NCBI GenBank assembly: GCA_963825135.1
Contig: CAWGRW010000009.1
Coordinates: 2,432,001-2,496,000, forward strand
Length of the DNA: 64,000 nt
Reading direction: 5' to 3'
Source of the DNA: an uncultured bacterium
Lineage (GTDB): Bacteria > Desulfobacterota_D > UBA1144 > Nemesobacterales > UBA2774
Below are positions 1 through 11,309 of this stretch, one piece after another. The notes under the pieces are model-generated. The model was not told where the DNA came from, searched no databases, and worked only from the letters and a program-made list of their open reading frames with translations. The first letter of the stretch is position 1, and every line of letters starts with the position of its first letter. The position numbers and the translations under genes are program-made.

Positions 1-39
1 TCTCGAGGGCAGGGATTACAGGAGAGAGAGGAAGAAGGT

Positions 40-1074
40 CTAAAACTTCCAGTGCGGTGAATAATCCTTCTTGACCCTGTCTATTATGAGGTCAGCCCCC
101 GTGGGTTCTCCGGGTGAATCGCATGGCGTGTGTTTCTTGTCGAGCAGCTCTTCGAGCACTTCCTTGGTCGATATCCATAGCCCGTCCAGGTTGTAGCCCC
201 CTTCGAGTATGAATACGATTTTCCCTCCCGAGTGTCTCTCCGCAGCGTCCGTGAGGAACCTGGTCATCTTCGCGAACCCTTCGGGCGTGACCTTCATTCC
301 CCCGAGCGGGTCGTCGTAAAATGTGTCGAACCCCGCCGACACTAGAATGAATTCGGGCTTGTACTGGTCTATGACGGGGCCCAGTATTTCGTTGAAGATT
401 TTGATGAACTCGTTATCGCCCATTCCCGGAGGGAGCGGCACGTTCACCGTAAATCCCTCCCCCTCGCCGTTCCCCGTCTCCGACGGCCCCCCCGTCCCCG
501 GGTAGTACGGGTATTGGTGCGTCGAGAAATAAAGCACCTTGGAGGTATCGTAAAACATGTGCTGGGTACCGTTTCCGTGATGTATGTCCCAGTCGACTAT
601 GAGCACGCGCTCGAACCCTTTTACGTCCGTAAGGTAAGCCCCGCCGACGGCGACGTTGTTAAAGAGGCAGAACCCCATGGCCCTGTCCGCCTCCGCGTGG
701 TGGCCGGGCGGCCTCACGAGGGCAAAGGCCCTGTCCACTTCGCCCGCGAGCACGCTGTCTATCGAAGAGAGCATCCCGCCCGCCGCCCTCACTGCAGCGT
801 CGAACGAGACCGCGCACGTGGAGGTGTCGGCGTCGAGGAATACCTTCGGCTTCCCTCTGGTGGATGCCATTTTGTCGTAGTGCCCGGGTGTGTGCACGAG
901 GGTGATCTCCTCTTTCGTCGCGTCACGCGGGGTGATCATCGATACCTCGTCGAGGAGCTTCGTGTGCTTGAGCATGTCGATAATGGCCAGCAGCCTCTCC
1001 TGGGATTCGGGATGGCCGTACCCGTTGTCGTGATCGACGTATAGCTTATCAAGGACTATTCCGACTTTCCTCAT
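40..1074 (-). CDS. Histone deacetylase family (AcuC/AphA-like) Zn-dependent deacylase
   Basis: HPE, RPPGHHA, GFCLFNN, DWDIHHGNGTQ, SAGFD and LEGGY motifs. Confidence 0.93.
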   Translation of the reverse strand: MRKVGIVLDKLYVDHDNGYGHPESQERLLAIIDMLKHTKLLDEVSMITPRDATKEEITLVHTPGHYDKMASTRGKPKVFLDADTSTCAVSFDAAVRAAGGMLSSIDSVLAGEVDRAFALVRPPGHHAEADRAMGFCLFNNVAVGGAYLTDVKGFERVLIVDWDIHHGNGTQHMFYDTSKVLYFSTHQYPYYPGTGGPSETGNGEGEGFTVNVPLPPGMGDNEFIKIFNEILGPVIDQYKPEFILVSAGFDTFYDDPLGGMKVTPEGFAKMTRFLTDAAERHSGGKIVFILEGGYNLDGLWISTKEVLEELLDKKHTPCDSPGEPTGADLIIDRVKKDYSPHWKF

Positions 1075-1152
1075 GATTTTTAAACCCTCTCCGGACGCGG
1101 GTTAAAAGGCTAGCACAGTAACCGTGATTAGACAAAGTCTATCTGCCGCCGT

Positions 1153-2409
1153 TCAGGACCCGGCCAGGGCCTCTATCGCCCCCGTAAGATATAAAGACCC
1201 GGCAATGCAGGCGGGCCCTCTCTCATTCAGCAGCTCCGCATATGCCTTCCTGTAATCCTTCTCCGTCCTTACCATGCCCGGAAATATTTCCGAGATTTTC
1301 TTCGCGAGCGCCTCAGCGCTGATAGCCCTCTCCGACTCTATTTCGGTAACCAGGAACCTTTCGGCTATCGGAGCTAACTCCCTTATAAACCGGCTATGGT
1401 CCTTGTCCCCGAGCATCCCGACGAGGAACGTGAATTTACGGGAGGGATACATCTGTTTAAGCGATGCGGCGAGAGCCTTCGCGCCTGCCGGGTTGTGTGC
1501 GCTGTCGAGGATGAGCGGTGGGTCGCCTCTCAGCACCTCGAACCTCCCGCGCCAGTCTATACCGAGGAGCCCTTTTCTCAGGTCCTTTTCCCCGATTCTT
1601 ATACCGTGAAATTCGGACAACACTTCGAGGGCGGCGACCGCGACAGACAGGTTTTCTATCTGGTACATGCCCCGGAGGTTCGAGCGGAGTCCCCGGAGGC
1701 TCCACACGCTGCCCGTGTAGTCGAAACTGTCCGTACTTTCACCCCTCGATGAGAAGTCCCTTCCGTAAACCTTTAGCGGAGACAGATGTCTGGAGGCGTA
1801 TTCGGAGATGACCCCGAGCGCTCTCCCCTTGGCCCCCGTTACGGAGGGGACCCCCCGCTTTATGATGCGGGCCTTCTCCGCCGCTATTTCCCCTAACGTC
1901 CCGCCGAGATAATCCGTATGGTCTTTCGATATATTGGTTATGACCGATACGAGAGGGGTAATTACGTTCGTAGCGTCCCATCTGCCGCCCATGCCCACCT
2001 CAAGCACGCTGAAATCGACCCCTGACTCGGCGAAATATACGAACCCGGCCGCGGTCAGCACCTCGAAATAGCTTGGATCCCCCGGGAGGGATTTTTCAGC
2101 CGCTTTCTTCACACGGGAAATTAGCCCGGCGAGGTCAGGGCCGTCGATTTCGTCCCCGTTTATTTTTATCCGTTCCGTAACACTCTTCAGATGAGGGGAG
2201 GTATACGCGCCTGTCTTCCGGCCCCCGGCCATGAGGACGGACGCAATGGCGGCCGCCGCCGACCCCTTGCCGTTCGTCCCCCCGATTATTATTCCGGGTG
2301 CTTTGTTCTGAGGGTTTCCCAGTGTTTCGAGGAGCTTCCTGATCCGGGACAGGCCGGGTTTTATGTCATGCAGTCCGAGTCTGTCTAGGTATAAATAGGC
2401 GTTTTCCAT
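1153..2409 (-). CDS. folC: Bifunctional folylpolyglutamate synthase/dihydrofolate synthase
   Basis: GTNGKGS, YTSPHL, EVGMGGRWDATN, DSAHNPAG, GSLYL motifs. Confidence 0.95.
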   Translation of the reverse strand: MENAYLYLDRLGLHDIKPGLSRIRKLLETLGNPQNKAPGIIIGGTNGKGSAAAAIASVLMAGGRKTGAYTSPHLKSVTERIKINGDEIDGPDLAGLISRVKKAAEKSLPGDPSYFEVLTAAGFVYFAESGVDFSVLEVGMGGRWDATNVITPLVSVITNISKDHTDYLGGTLGEIAAEKARIIKRGVPSVTGAKGRALGVISEYASRHLSPLKVYGRDFSSRGESTDSFDYTGSVWSLRGLRSNLRGMYQIENLSVAVAALEVLSEFHGIRIGEKDLRKGLLGIDWRGRFEVLRGDPPLILDSAHNPAGAKALAASLKQMYPSRKFTFLVGMLGDKDHSRFIRELAPIAERFLVTEIESERAISAEALAKKISEIFPGMVRTEKDYRKAYAELLNERGPACIAGSLYLTGAIEALAGS

Positions 2410-2539
2410 GGCATAAATCCCGACAGGGGGAGATTATATCATGAAAAGACCGGGTTTATTCGTTTTGAAACTTTTCTGATGGTAATAATTTCCAAATAAT
2501 AATATTGACCTCTTGATATTCCTTCCACTTTGATTTATT

Positions 2540-2558
2540 ATTGATAACTAATATCAAT
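2540..2558. promoter_or_regulatory. Candidate Fur box upstream of fur (autoregulation)
   Basis: ATTGATA-ACTAA-TATCAAT palindrome; core TGATAACTAATATCA has 2 mismatches to TGATAATnATTATCA; 19 bp before the fur start. Confidence 0.6.
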
Positions 2559-2577
2559 TTCACAGGGAGCGTTAAAA

Positions 2578-3042
2578 ATGACTCCTGTAGCTCAGATGAA
2601 GATGGACAGAAGAAAGACCTTCAACGAGTTCATATCCAGGAAGCGGCTCAAGTCCACGAAGCAGAGGGACGTAATCTTCGAGGAGTTTTTCGGCAATTAC
2701 ATGGGCAGGCACGTTACCGTGGAGGAGCTCTACGAGGATATAAAGCGCAAGTACCCTCATATCGGGTTTGCGACCGTCTACAGGACTCTCAAGCTCTTCA
2801 GGGAGAGCGGCATTGCTTCCGAACGCAATTTCGGCGACGGCAAGGCCCGATACGAGCCCATACGCTCCGAGCGCGAGCACCATCACCACATGATCTGCAC
2901 CGAGTGCGGAAAGATTTACGAATTCGCCAACAACCAGGTCGAATCGTGTCTGAACCAGATCGCGAAGTTAAACGAGTTCAAGCTGGAGAACCACAAGCTC
3001 GAAATCTACGGCCTCTGTTCTTCATGCAGGGAAAACAGATAA
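2578..3042 (+). CDS. fur: Fur family metal-responsive transcriptional regulator
   Basis: ATVYRTL helix, HHHHMICTECG, C-terminal CSSC; RBS AGGGAG. Confidence 0.9.
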   Translation: MTPVAQMKMDRRKTFNEFISRKRLKSTKQRDVIFEEFFGNYMGRHVTVEELYEDIKRKYPHIGFATVYRTLKLFRESGIASERNFGDGKARYEPIRSEREHHHHMICTECGKIYEFANNQVESCLNQIAKLNEFKLENHKLEIYGLCSSCRENR

Positions 3043-3097
3043 TTTACTCGCTGCTTGTTCTTGAATTATACGTACGAAGGGAAGCGCCGGAAATCGT

Positions 3098-3814
3098 TTA
3101 ACCTATCACCCTCACCATCTCTCTCACGGCGTTTTCAAAGCCGACCATCAGGGCCCTCGACACTATGCTGTGCCCGATGTTAAATTCCTCGATCTCTTTA
3201 ATGAGCGCGACCTGGCCCGTGTTTGCGTAATTGAGCCCGTGCCCGGCGGCAACCCTTAGACCGAGATCCGACGCCTTCTTTGCCGCCTTCTTAATCTTTC
3301 TCAGCTCGTCTTCCCTTACCGATGCGCTCACGGATTCGGCATAAGCTCCGGTGTGAATTTCGACCATTTGCGCGCCCGAATCCCCGGACGCTTTTATCTG
3401 CGCCGGGTCCGGGTCTATGAAGAGGCTCACGAAAATGCCCGTGTCTCTCAGCGACTTAACGGTGCGGGTAATGCCCTTTAAATTGCCCGCTACGTCGAGC
3501 CCGCCCTCGGTCGTGAGCTCCTTCCTCTTCTCGGGCACGAGCGTGACCATGTCGGGTTTGACCTCCCGGGCTATGGCCGTCATTTCTTCAGTCGGGGCCA
3601 TCTCCAGGTTGAGCTTCGTTTTTACGGTTTCTCTCAGGATTCGGAGGTCCCTGTCCTGTATGTGTCTGCGGTCCTCTCTCAAGTGGACGACTATCCCGTG
3701 CGCCCCCGCGAGCTCGGCCAGGTACGCGGCCAGAACCGGGTCGGGCTCCCTCCCGCCCCTTGCCTGTCTCACTGTAGCGACGTGGTCGATGTTTACGTTG
3801 AGCCTCGGCATCAA
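3098..3814 (-). CDS. pdxJ: Pyridoxine 5'-phosphate synthase
   Basis: [33 protein letters not shown] motifs. Confidence 0.97.
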   Translation of the reverse strand: MMPRLNVNIDHVATVRQARGGREPDPVLAAYLAELAGAHGIVVHLREDRRHIQDRDLRILRETVKTKLNLEMAPTEEMTAIAREVKPDMVTLVPEKRKELTTEGGLDVAGNLKGITRTVKSLRDTGIFVSLFIDPDPAQIKASGDSGAQMVEIHTGAYAESVSASVREDELRKIKKAAKKASDLGLRVAAGHGLNYANTGQVALIKEIEEFNIGHSIVSRALMVGFENAVREMVRVIG

Positions 3815-5187
3815 ACGCCCGTTCCTATGTCCTTTCTTATGGCGTCTGCGAGCTCGTTCGCGATTTCATTGATGAGCGAGATGTCTTCCCCCTCGACCAT
3901 TACCCTCGATATCTGCTCCGTACCCGAATAACGTATATTTATACGTCCCTTCCCGTTCAGGCGGCTCTCGTTCCTGTAGAGGACCTCGTGCAGGCCCTTT
4001 ATCTCGCTGAGGTCTTTCTTCTTTCTAATTTTTATATTGAGAAGGAGCTGCGGATAGAGGTCTATAATTCCGGTGAGCTCGGATAGTTTTTTACCCTCCC
4101 TCTTCATTATCGCCAGCACCTGGAGGGCCGCCAGAGTCCCGTCCCCGGTCGTCGTGTGGTCGAGGAATATGATATGACCCGACTGTTCTCCGCCAAGGTT
4201 GCAGTTCATCGCACGCATGGCTTCCGCGACGTACCTGTCCCCGACCTCCGTCCTGACGAAATCGAGACCCTTACCCCGTATAAAATTTTCGAGCGCCATG
4301 TTGCTCATGAGGGTCGTAACGACCGTATTCCCGCGGAGCGTCCCCCTTTTTATCATCTCGTCCGCGCATATGGCGATTATCTTGTCGCCGTCCACGATCT
4401 CGCCCCTTTCATCGCAGAATATGACCCTGTCCGCGTCCCCGTCTAGTGCGATTCCCAGATCGGCTCCCGTCTCGAGCACCTCTTTTCTTAAAAGCTCCGG
4501 ATTGAGCGAGCCGCATTCGGTGTTGATATTCCTCCCGTCCGGGTGCACCCCTATCGTTACGACATTTGCGCCTAGCTCTTCGAGTATGGTCGGCGAGACC
4601 TTATACGCCGCCCCGTTCGCGCAGTCGAGCACTATCTTTATTCCTTCGAGCGTCATGTCCCTGGGAAAAGAATTTTTCGCGAAAACCACGTATCTGCCGG
4701 GCGCGTCTTCTATCCTGTGGGCCTTTCCGATTTGATCTGTGAATGTTTGGAGGCGGTCCTCTCCGGCGTTATAAATAAGCTCTTCCAGCCTGAGCTCCTC
4801 TTCGTCAGGGAGCTTGAAACCGTTTCTGTCGAAAATTTTGATGCCGTTGTCCTCGTAGGGATTGTGTGAGGCGGATATGACGATTCCCGCGTCGGCGCGC
4901 ATGCTCTGGGTGATGAACGCGATAGCCGGCGTGGGGAGCGGGCCCACCAGGAGCACATCGGCCCCCATGGAGGCAATGCCCGCAGAAAGCGCCTGCTCGA
5001 ATATATAACCCGAAAGCCTCGTATCCTTTCCGATTACGATTTTGGGGTTGTGTGCGGTTTGCCCCTGCCTGAGAATATAAGTAAGGGCTTTTCCGAGCTT
5101 GAGGCTCATTTCCGGGGTCATCGGGTACCGGTTTGCGACCCCCCTGATCCCGTCAGTCCCGAAAAGCCTTTTTCCCGTACGCTCCAA
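3811..5187 (-). CDS. glmM: Phosphoglucosamine mutase
   Basis: [27 protein letters not shown] motifs. Confidence 0.97.
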   Translation of the reverse strand: MERTGKRLFGTDGIRGVANRYPMTPEMSLKLGKALTYILRQGQTAHNPKIVIGKDTRLSGYIFEQALSAGIASMGADVLLVGPLPTPAIAFITQSMRADAGIVISASHNPYEDNGIKIFDRNGFKLPDEEELRLEELIYNAGEDRLQTFTDQIGKAHRIEDAPGRYVVFAKNSFPRDMTLEGIKIVLDCANGAAYKVSPTILEELGANVVTIGVHPDGRNINTECGSLNPELLRKEVLETGADLGIALDGDADRVIFCDERGEIVDGDKIIAICADEMIKRGTLRGNTVVTTLMSNMALENFIRGKGLDFVRTEVGDRYVAEAMRAMNCNLGGEQSGHIIFLDHTTTGDGTLAALQVLAIMKREGKKLSELTGIIDLYPQLLLNIKIRKKKDLSEIKGLHEVLYRNESRLNGKGRINIRYSGTEQISRVMVEGEDISLINEIANELADAIRKDIGTGV

Positions 5188-5223
5188 AATAATCCTCCTT
5201 CCTAGTTTGTTCCCACTTCCGGC

Positions 5224-6204
5224 CTAATTTGTTTTCACTTCAACCGTCTTGGGTGATTGTTTTGTCAGCCTCAGTATATCTTTGTGCGGGTAGTTCACGC
5301 TCACCTTGAGGCTGTGTGTTTTGCGGTTGCCGGAACCCCTTATGTCGCTCCCGTCCACGTATAATTCTATATCCTTACTGTTAAGATTGTTAATAATACT
5401 GAATGGTCCCTCGAAAGTTAATTCTGTCACGATTTCGCCGTCCGTCTCATATTTCATCTCGCCGAAGTTGACGAAGTTTATGACGAGATCGTTAAATTCC
5501 TTCTCCATTATCTTTTCCTTTATATCGACCGTGACCTTTACGGTATTGCCGCCCGTGAGCTCGACGAGGCTGTAGGGCGAGCGGATAGGGACTTCAATTG
5601 TGAACTTCGACTTTTCTCCCTTGAGGGAAACCGGGTCGGTCCCTACAGTGCTTATCCTCTTGAGGAGCTTCTCCGGTCCCTTGATCCAGACTGATTTCGG
5701 AGTCACGATCGGTTTCCCGGAAATTTCGAAACCCGTATCCGGCTGCCCGATCACGGGCTCGACCTCCACCTCTTTCTGCGTAGCCCTGTCTATGTCCAGG
5801 TTTATCTCGGAAGGGCTTATTGCGGTCACCTGTACGTCGCGCGGCAGTATTATCTGGTCCGTCCTTATCTCGAACATCGAGGCGCCCGTGGTGAGGTTGG
5901 AAAGGTCGATGGTGAAGACCATGTCTTTCGGAGAAATCGACGACAGCTGGCTCCTGGGCCCCCTGGCCCTGATATTCAGCTTCTCGGGCGGGTTGTTGAC
6001 GACGATCAGCCCTTTGGGGAGGTTCGCGTAGTTCACATCGATTGAAATACTCTTCTCTACGTCGTGCTGGAGGTTGGCGACGAACCACAGCGAAACCGCG
6101 ATTAACAGCGCAAGCACCTTTTTGCCGGCGTCTTTGATTAAGGGTTCTTTTTCCTTCCCCCTGTATCCTCTCGGGCCGGGCGCTCCTTTTGACCAGTCTG
6201 TCAT
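5224..6204 (-). CDS. cdaR: CdaR/YbbR-like regulator of diadenylate cyclase
   Basis: N-terminal TM (LALLIAVSLWFV), YbbR-like beta repeats, position between cdaA and glmM. Confidence 0.85.
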   Translation of the reverse strand: MTDWSKGAPGPRGYRGKEKEPLIKDAGKKVLALLIAVSLWFVANLQHDVEKSISIDVNYANLPKGLIVVNNPPEKLNIRARGPRSQLSSISPKDMVFTIDLSNLTTGASMFEIRTDQIILPRDVQVTAISPSEINLDIDRATQKEVEVEPVIGQPDTGFEISGKPIVTPKSVWIKGPEKLLKRISTVGTDPVSLKGEKSKFTIEVPIRSPYSLVELTGGNTVKVTVDIKEKIMEKEFNDLVINFVNFGEMKYETDGEIVTELTFEGPFSIINNLNSKDIELYVDGSDIRGSGNRKTHSLKVSVNYPHKDILRLTKQSPKTVEVKTN

Positions 6205-6213
6205 GGGGTTCGG

Positions 6214-7044
6214 TCAGGTGTTCGCTTGATCACCTTCCTCCTTTTCCATTATCTCTCCGAAGATATCGGCCCTGGTCCTCTTCGGCCTTTTTATACCCAG
6301 GGAATCCAGGAGCTGGTTGTGGAGCGATGTGGCGTCGAGTCCCCTTTTTATCTCCCCCCCCGCCGCAAGCGAAATATTGCCGGTCTCTTCCGAGACGACT
6401 ATTACGACAGCGTCAGTCTCCAGGGTGAGCCCTATGGCCGCCCTGTGTCTCGTACCGAGCTCGCGCTCGAGATCGGGGTCCGTGGCGAGCGGGAAGAACG
6501 ACCCCGCCGAGATGATCCTGTTCCCGACTATGATGATCCCCCCGTCGTGAAGAGGGGAGGAGGGGTTGAATATGCTTATTATCAGCTCCCTCGATACGAA
6601 GGCGTCGATCCTCATCCCTATATCTATGAAATCCGAGAGGCTGTTGTTCCTTTCTATCGCGATCAGCGCGCCGATGTGGCGGTTAGCCATGTAGCTCGCC
6701 GCTTTCACTATCTCTTCCGAAGAGAGCACCTTCGATTTTCCCGGGGATATCCTGAGGAGAAACGGCCTTCTGCCTAAAGCCGCGAGACCCCTCCTTATGT
6801 CGTTCTGGAAGAGGATGACGACTATGATGATAATAGAGCCCAGGAACTGACCCAGGATCCAGTTGAGTGTGAAGAGGCCCCTCTGGGATACATAGTATAA
6901 GACTATAAGGAGCACGAAACCGAAGAGCACCTGGAGGGCGCGCGTCCCTTCGAGCATCCTGAGCACGTAGTAGATGATGAATGCGACGAGCATTATATCC
7001 AGCGTGTCCCAGATGTATCTGTAATTAATAACCGCGTCGAACAT
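6214..7044 (-). CDS. cdaA: Membrane diadenylate cyclase CdaA (DacA)
   Basis: 3 N-terminal TMs, LHDGG and GTRHRAA DAC motifs, VSEETG; start placed at internal ATG (ORF track starts at 7089). Confidence 0.93.
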   Translation of the reverse strand: MFDAVINYRYIWDTLDIMLVAFIIYYVLRMLEGTRALQVLFGFVLLIVLYYVSQRGLFTLNWILGQFLGSIIIIVVILFQNDIRRGLAALGRRPFLLRISPGKSKVLSSEEIVKAASYMANRHIGALIAIERNNSLSDFIDIGMRIDAFVSRELIISIFNPSSPLHDGGIIIVGNRIISAGSFFPLATDPDLERELGTRHRAAIGLTLETDAVVIVVSEETGNISLAAGGEIKRGLDATSLHNQLLDSLGIKRPKRTRADIFGEIMEKEEGDQANT

Positions 7045-7066
7045 CACGTTCCTGTCGTTATTGTAT

Positions 7067-7984
7067 TTACCGCGCGGAGGCCACCGCATCCGCGATTCTA
7101 ACGGCCTGCTTCATCGAGGCCACGTCGTGCACCCTCACGACCGAAGCCCCGTTCATGATTCCTATTGCGACTGTCGCCGCGGTGCCCAGCAGCCTGTCTT
7201 CCGGACCGCCGCACGTTATTTTCTCGATAAACGATTTATTCGAAGTGCCGATCATTACCGGCATACCCAGTTCCCCGAACCTGTCGAGGTTCTTCAGGAT
7301 AACCAGGTTCTGCTCCGCAGTCTTTCCGAACCCGAAGCCCGGGTCGACGAGTATTCCGTCCGCTTTCACCCCGCATGCGAGCGCTTTATCGACGGACTTC
7401 CTGAGCGAATCCGATATGTCCTCGATCAAGGAGCGGTATCCGGTCTTGCGCTGCATATCGACGGGGCGTGAGGGCGTATGCATCACCACTAGCCCCGCTC
7501 CGTACTCCGAGGCCGCCTCGGCGATCCCGCGCGAGTACGTAAGCCCGCTTATGTCGTTGACTATCGACGCCCCTTCCCGGAGAGCCTCGCGCGCCACCTT
7601 TTCCTTTGTGGTATCTATCGAGAGTACCACGTCGTACCTCTTTTGAATCTCGCTGATTACCGGGATTACTCTCCTTAATTCCTCTTCCTCCGAAACCCCC
7701 GTCGAGCCGGGCCTCGTCGATTCGCCCCCGATATCGATAATGTCCGCCCCTTCCTCTATCATTTCCCCCGCGCGCCTGAGGGCGGAATTCGTGTCCGCGT
7801 ATCTCCCGCCGTCGTGGAAGGAGTCCGGAGTAACGTTGAGTATGCCCATGATGTGGGTTCTTTCATGGAGTCTCAGCGCCCTGTCCCTGCATTTGAATAA
7901 TATGGCCGGTAGTGCGGGTATAGGACTGTTGCCTGTTTCGTTTTCGAAAGGCTTGCCGTAAGTGTCAGCTTCTTTCTGCTGCAT
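7067..7984 (-). CDS. folP: Dihydropteroate synthase
   Basis: MGILNVTPDSF, IGGESTRPG, DPGFGFGK, RVHDV motifs. Confidence 0.96.
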   Translation of the reverse strand: MQQKEADTYGKPFENETGNSPIPALPAILFKCRDRALRLHERTHIMGILNVTPDSFHDGGRYADTNSALRRAGEMIEEGADIIDIGGESTRPGSTGVSEEEELRRVIPVISEIQKRYDVVLSIDTTKEKVAREALREGASIVNDISGLTYSRGIAEAASEYGAGLVVMHTPSRPVDMQRKTGYRSLIEDISDSLRKSVDKALACGVKADGILVDPGFGFGKTAEQNLVILKNLDRFGELGMPVMIGTSNKSFIEKITCGGPEDRLLGTAATVAIGIMNGASVVRVHDVASMKQAVRIADAVASAR

Positions 7985-8112
7985 AGAAATCCTTTTTCCG
8001 GTTTCTATTCTTCATAGCAGGAGCCCTGTACCCAAAGCTCTTGTCGCGGAAAATTTATTTTTTAATTCTACTTTCTTTGTCGCAAAAACAGACGGGAGCC
8101 GGCTTGGTGGAA

Positions 8113-10005
8113 TCAAGCGTCTTTGGTGCTGCTGTTCCTGAGTGCTACCGATCCTTCGGAACCAATGGGTTTTTCCCAGGGGGACGGAAATTCTTTCGAT
8201 TTGAAACCGGTTACAAGCGCATCGAGCTCCTTGCCGTCTATTACCTCTTTATCCAGAAGGACCTCGGTCAGTCGGTGGAGCAGGTCGATGTTTTCCTCCA
8301 GGACAGCTTTTGCCTTTGCGTAGTTGTCGTGCACAATCCTTCTTATCTCGTTGTCTATCTCGACGGCTGTTTCTTCACTGTAGTCTTTCGGTCTCGCGAT
8401 TTCCTTTCCGAGGAATATCTGCTCCTCGCCCTTACCGAAAGTTATAGGGCCCACCTTCTCGCTCATCCCCCACTCGCATACCATCTTGCGGGCGATCTCC
8501 GTAACCCTCTCCAGGTCATTTCCCGCGCCGCTCGTCCTTTCGCCGAACACGATCTCCTCCGCCGCTCGTCCTCCGAGAAGGACCATGATCGTGGCGTTGA
8601 GGCTCGTTCTTGAGAGCGTGTACTTATCTTCTATGGGGAGCTGCTGAGTGACGCCCAGGGCCATGCCCCTGGGTATGATCGTCACCTTGTGGATGGGGTC
8701 CGTACCCGGGGTCAGCCTGGCCACGAGGGCGTGTCCCGCCTCGTGATAGGCCGTGATCTTCTTCTCGGCGTCGCTTATAATAAGGCTTTTCCTTTCGACG
8801 CCCATTATCACCTTGTCTTTTGCGTACTCGAAATCTTCCATGGTAATTTTAGCCCTGCCGAAGCGGGCCGCGTGAAGCGCCGCTTCGTTCACGAGGTTCT
8901 CGAGGTCGGCTCCGGAAAATCCCGGCGTCGATCGCGCGATAACCGTGAGGGCCACATCTTCGTCGAGGGGGGTGTTTTTCGAGTGGACCTTGAGTATCTC
9001 CTCCCTTCCCCTCACGTCGGGCCTCGGGACGACTACCTGCCTGTCGAACCTCCCGGGTCTGAGAAGTGCCGGGTCGAGAACGTCCGGACGGTTGGTTGCT
9101 GCCATGACTATGATTCCTTCATTGGATTCGAAGCCGTCCATTTCAACCAGGAGCTGGTTAAGTGTCTGCTCCCTTTCATCGTGCCCGCCGCCGAGTCCCG
9201 CGCCTCGGTGTCTGCCTACGGCGTCGAGCTCGTCTACGAATATAATGCAAGGCGCGTGGCGCTTCGCCTGAACGAAGAGGTCCCTTACCCTCGACGCTCC
9301 CACGCCGACGAACATTTCCACGAAATCGCTGCCGCTTATGATGAAGAAAGGCACGCCCGCTTCGCCCGCTATGGCTTTAGCCAGGAGCGTTTTACCCGTT
9401 CCGGGAGGGCCTACCAGAAGAATACCCTTTGGGATCCTTCCTCCGAGCTTCGTGAATTTCTTCGGGCTCTTCAGAAACTCCACAATCTCCTGGACCTCTT
9501 CCTTCGCCTCGTCGATTCCGGCTACGTCCTTGAACGTAATCTTGTTCTGGTTTTCCGTGAGCATCCTCGCCCTGTTTTTGCCGAAGGACATAGCTTTAGT
9601 GCCGCCCGCCTGGAGTTGCCTCATGAAGACGACCATTATCACTATGAGAAGCACCAGCGGCGCCCAATTAAGCAGCATATGCGTTAGCGAGCCTTCCTTG
9701 TCGGAGTCGAACTTGAAGGTTATTCCTTTTTTATCCAGCTTGCCGATTAGGTCGTCGCTCGCGGGGCCCACGGTTTTAAAGCCGTCCGCCGACTGGTCTC
9801 CTGCGGGGTTCGTGTACTGGCCCTTGATTTCCTCGCCCTTGAACTCGAGGTCCTTGACCTCTCCCTTTTCAACATTCGAAAGGAAATCGCTGTAGGGTAT
9901 CTCCTGGACATTGGTCCTTGGGGTATGCACCAATTGGTAGAGCGCTATGATGGCGACGAATATGACTAACCATAACACCAAGTTTTTAAATAGCTGGCTA
10001 TTCAC
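8113..10005 (-). CDS. ftsH: ATP-dependent zinc metalloprotease FtsH
   Basis: 2 TMs, Walker A GPPGTGKT, second region of homology, HEAGH zinc motif. Confidence 0.98.
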   Translation of the reverse strand: MNSQLFKNLVLWLVIFVAIIALYQLVHTPRTNVQEIPYSDFLSNVEKGEVKDLEFKGEEIKGQYTNPAGDQSADGFKTVGPASDDLIGKLDKKGITFKFDSDKEGSLTHMLLNWAPLVLLIVIMVVFMRQLQAGGTKAMSFGKNRARMLTENQNKITFKDVAGIDEAKEEVQEIVEFLKSPKKFTKLGGRIPKGILLVGPPGTGKTLLAKAIAGEAGVPFFIISGSDFVEMFVGVGASRVRDLFVQAKRHAPCIIFVDELDAVGRHRGAGLGGGHDEREQTLNQLLVEMDGFESNEGIIVMAATNRPDVLDPALLRPGRFDRQVVVPRPDVRGREEILKVHSKNTPLDEDVALTVIARSTPGFSGADLENLVNEAALHAARFGRAKITMEDFEYAKDKVIMGVERKSLIISDAEKKITAYHEAGHALVARLTPGTDPIHKVTIIPRGMALGVTQQLPIEDKYTLSRTSLNATIMVLLGGRAAEEIVFGERTSGAGNDLERVTEIARKMVCEWGMSEKVGPITFGKGEEQIFLGKEIARPKDYSEETAVEIDNEIRRIVHDNYAKAKAVLEENIDLLHRLTEVLLDKEVIDGKELDALVTGFKSKEFPSPWEKPIGSEGSVALRNSSTKDA

Positions 10006-10124
10006 TTTTACCTCATTTTATTAGAAATTAACTTAAGACAACCTCTGAAAAGGATAGCACACCGGTATCAGCTTTTCAACCTAGAATCCCTAATTATGAG
10101 GGATAATTACATAGTTTACCACGA

Positions 10125-11060
10125 CTATTGCCCTCTGTCGAAAAGTCCGGTGCTCAGATATCTTTCTCCGGTATCGCAAAATATAGTCACGACGTTCTTG
10201 CCTTTACCGAGCTTTTTGGCGACTTTTAGGGCCGCGGCTCCGGCCGCTCCGGCGGATATTCCGATCAGAAGCCCCTCTTTCACAGCCGCGTTTCTGGCGA
10301 AGCTCCTTGCTTCCTTTCCGCTTATTCGAATGACCTCGTCGTAAATATTTACGTTCAGTATTTCGGGCACGAACCCGGCGCCGATGCCCTGTATCTCGTG
10401 TACGTGCGGCTTCCCGCCCGAAAGGACGGGAGACTCCTCGGGCTCTACAGCGGCGATGTATATATCAGGGAATTTTTGCCGCAGTATCTCTCCTGCGCCC
10501 GTGATGGTCCCCCCCGTGCCGACTCCCGCGACGAAAGCGTCTATCTTCCCGTCCACCTGCTCCAGTATCTCCGGCCCCGTGTTCGCCCTGTGCGCTTCCG
10601 GGTTCTCCCTGTTTTTGAACTGCTGCGGCATAAATGAATCCTCGTGTCCCTTCAATATCTCTTCGGCTTTCCTCACGGCTCCCTCCATCTGTTCCGATGC
10701 GGGCGTGAGTATCAGCTCGGCGCCGTATGCCGTCAGCAGCTGTCTGCGCTCGAGGCTCATATCGTCGGGCATAGTAAGCACCAGTCTGTAGCCCTTTACG
10801 GCGCAGACGAGGGCAAGCCCTATGCCCGTGTTCCCGCTCGTAGGCTCCACGATGACGCTCTTCCCCGGTCTTATGATTCCCGCCTCCTCGGCCGCCTCGA
10901 TCATTCTGAGGCAGATCCTCTCCTTGACGCTCCCGGCGGGGTTGAGGTTCTCGAGCTTCGCCCATACGGCGGCCGATCCTTCCGGTACGATGCCGCCTAG
11001 CTTGATGATCGGCGTCCCGCCGATAAGGTCCAGAATACTGTCGACTACTCTATCTCTCAT
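10125..11060 (-). CDS. cysK: Cysteine synthase A
   Basis: NPAGSVK PLP lysine, PTSGNTG, GVGTGGT, DTGERYLS. Confidence 0.93.
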   Translation of the reverse strand: MRDRVVDSILDLIGGTPIIKLGGIVPEGSAAVWAKLENLNPAGSVKERICLRMIEAAEEAGIIRPGKSVIVEPTSGNTGIGLALVCAVKGYRLVLTMPDDMSLERRQLLTAYGAELILTPASEQMEGAVRKAEEILKGHEDSFMPQQFKNRENPEAHRANTGPEILEQVDGKIDAFVAGVGTGGTITGAGEILRQKFPDIYIAAVEPEESPVLSGGKPHVHEIQGIGAGFVPEILNVNIYDEVIRISGKEARSFARNAAVKEGLLIGISAGAAGAAALKVAKKLGKGKNVVTIFCDTGERYLSTGLFDRGQ

Positions 11061-11111
11061 TTTATCCGGGTTCGGGCGCTTAGAGTTAATCCGGGCCGCC
11101 GCGCGATTCGC

Positions 11112-11309
11112 TTACTTTAAGACCAGGGGCGCGACCTCTGTGAACACACCGCTGTTTTTCCTTTTAAGAGAATCCAGAATGGATCTGACGCCGTCCCAGG
11201 ACGCGTCGGGTTTTCTTATCTCGTTTTTGAGTTTCAGCAGCAGACCCTTCAACTCCTGGTCTTCTATTTTCCTTATGTAGGAATCGAGGGTTTCACCGTT
11301 TTCTTCCAT
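11112..11309 (-). CDS. Small helical hypothetical protein (~65 aa)
   Basis: Fills the gap upstream of cysK, RBS-like AGGCAGGA before the ATG, typical composition. Confidence 0.6.
   Translation of the reverse strand: MEENGETLDSYIRKIEDQELKGLLLKLKNEIRKPDASWDGVRSILDSLKRKNSGVFTEVAPLVLK

Noticed and set aside
8689..9687. 332-aa plus-strand ORF, and similar long ORFs at 25084, 31452, 36838, 51380 and 61866
   Set aside because: Antisense shadows of well-supported genes, expected with GC-rich codon bias; no motifs.
10086..10104. ATCCCT-N7-AGGGAT inverted repeat between cysK and ftsH
   Set aside because: Only a 6-bp stem, does not match CIRCE, and cannot be told from a weak terminator or chance.
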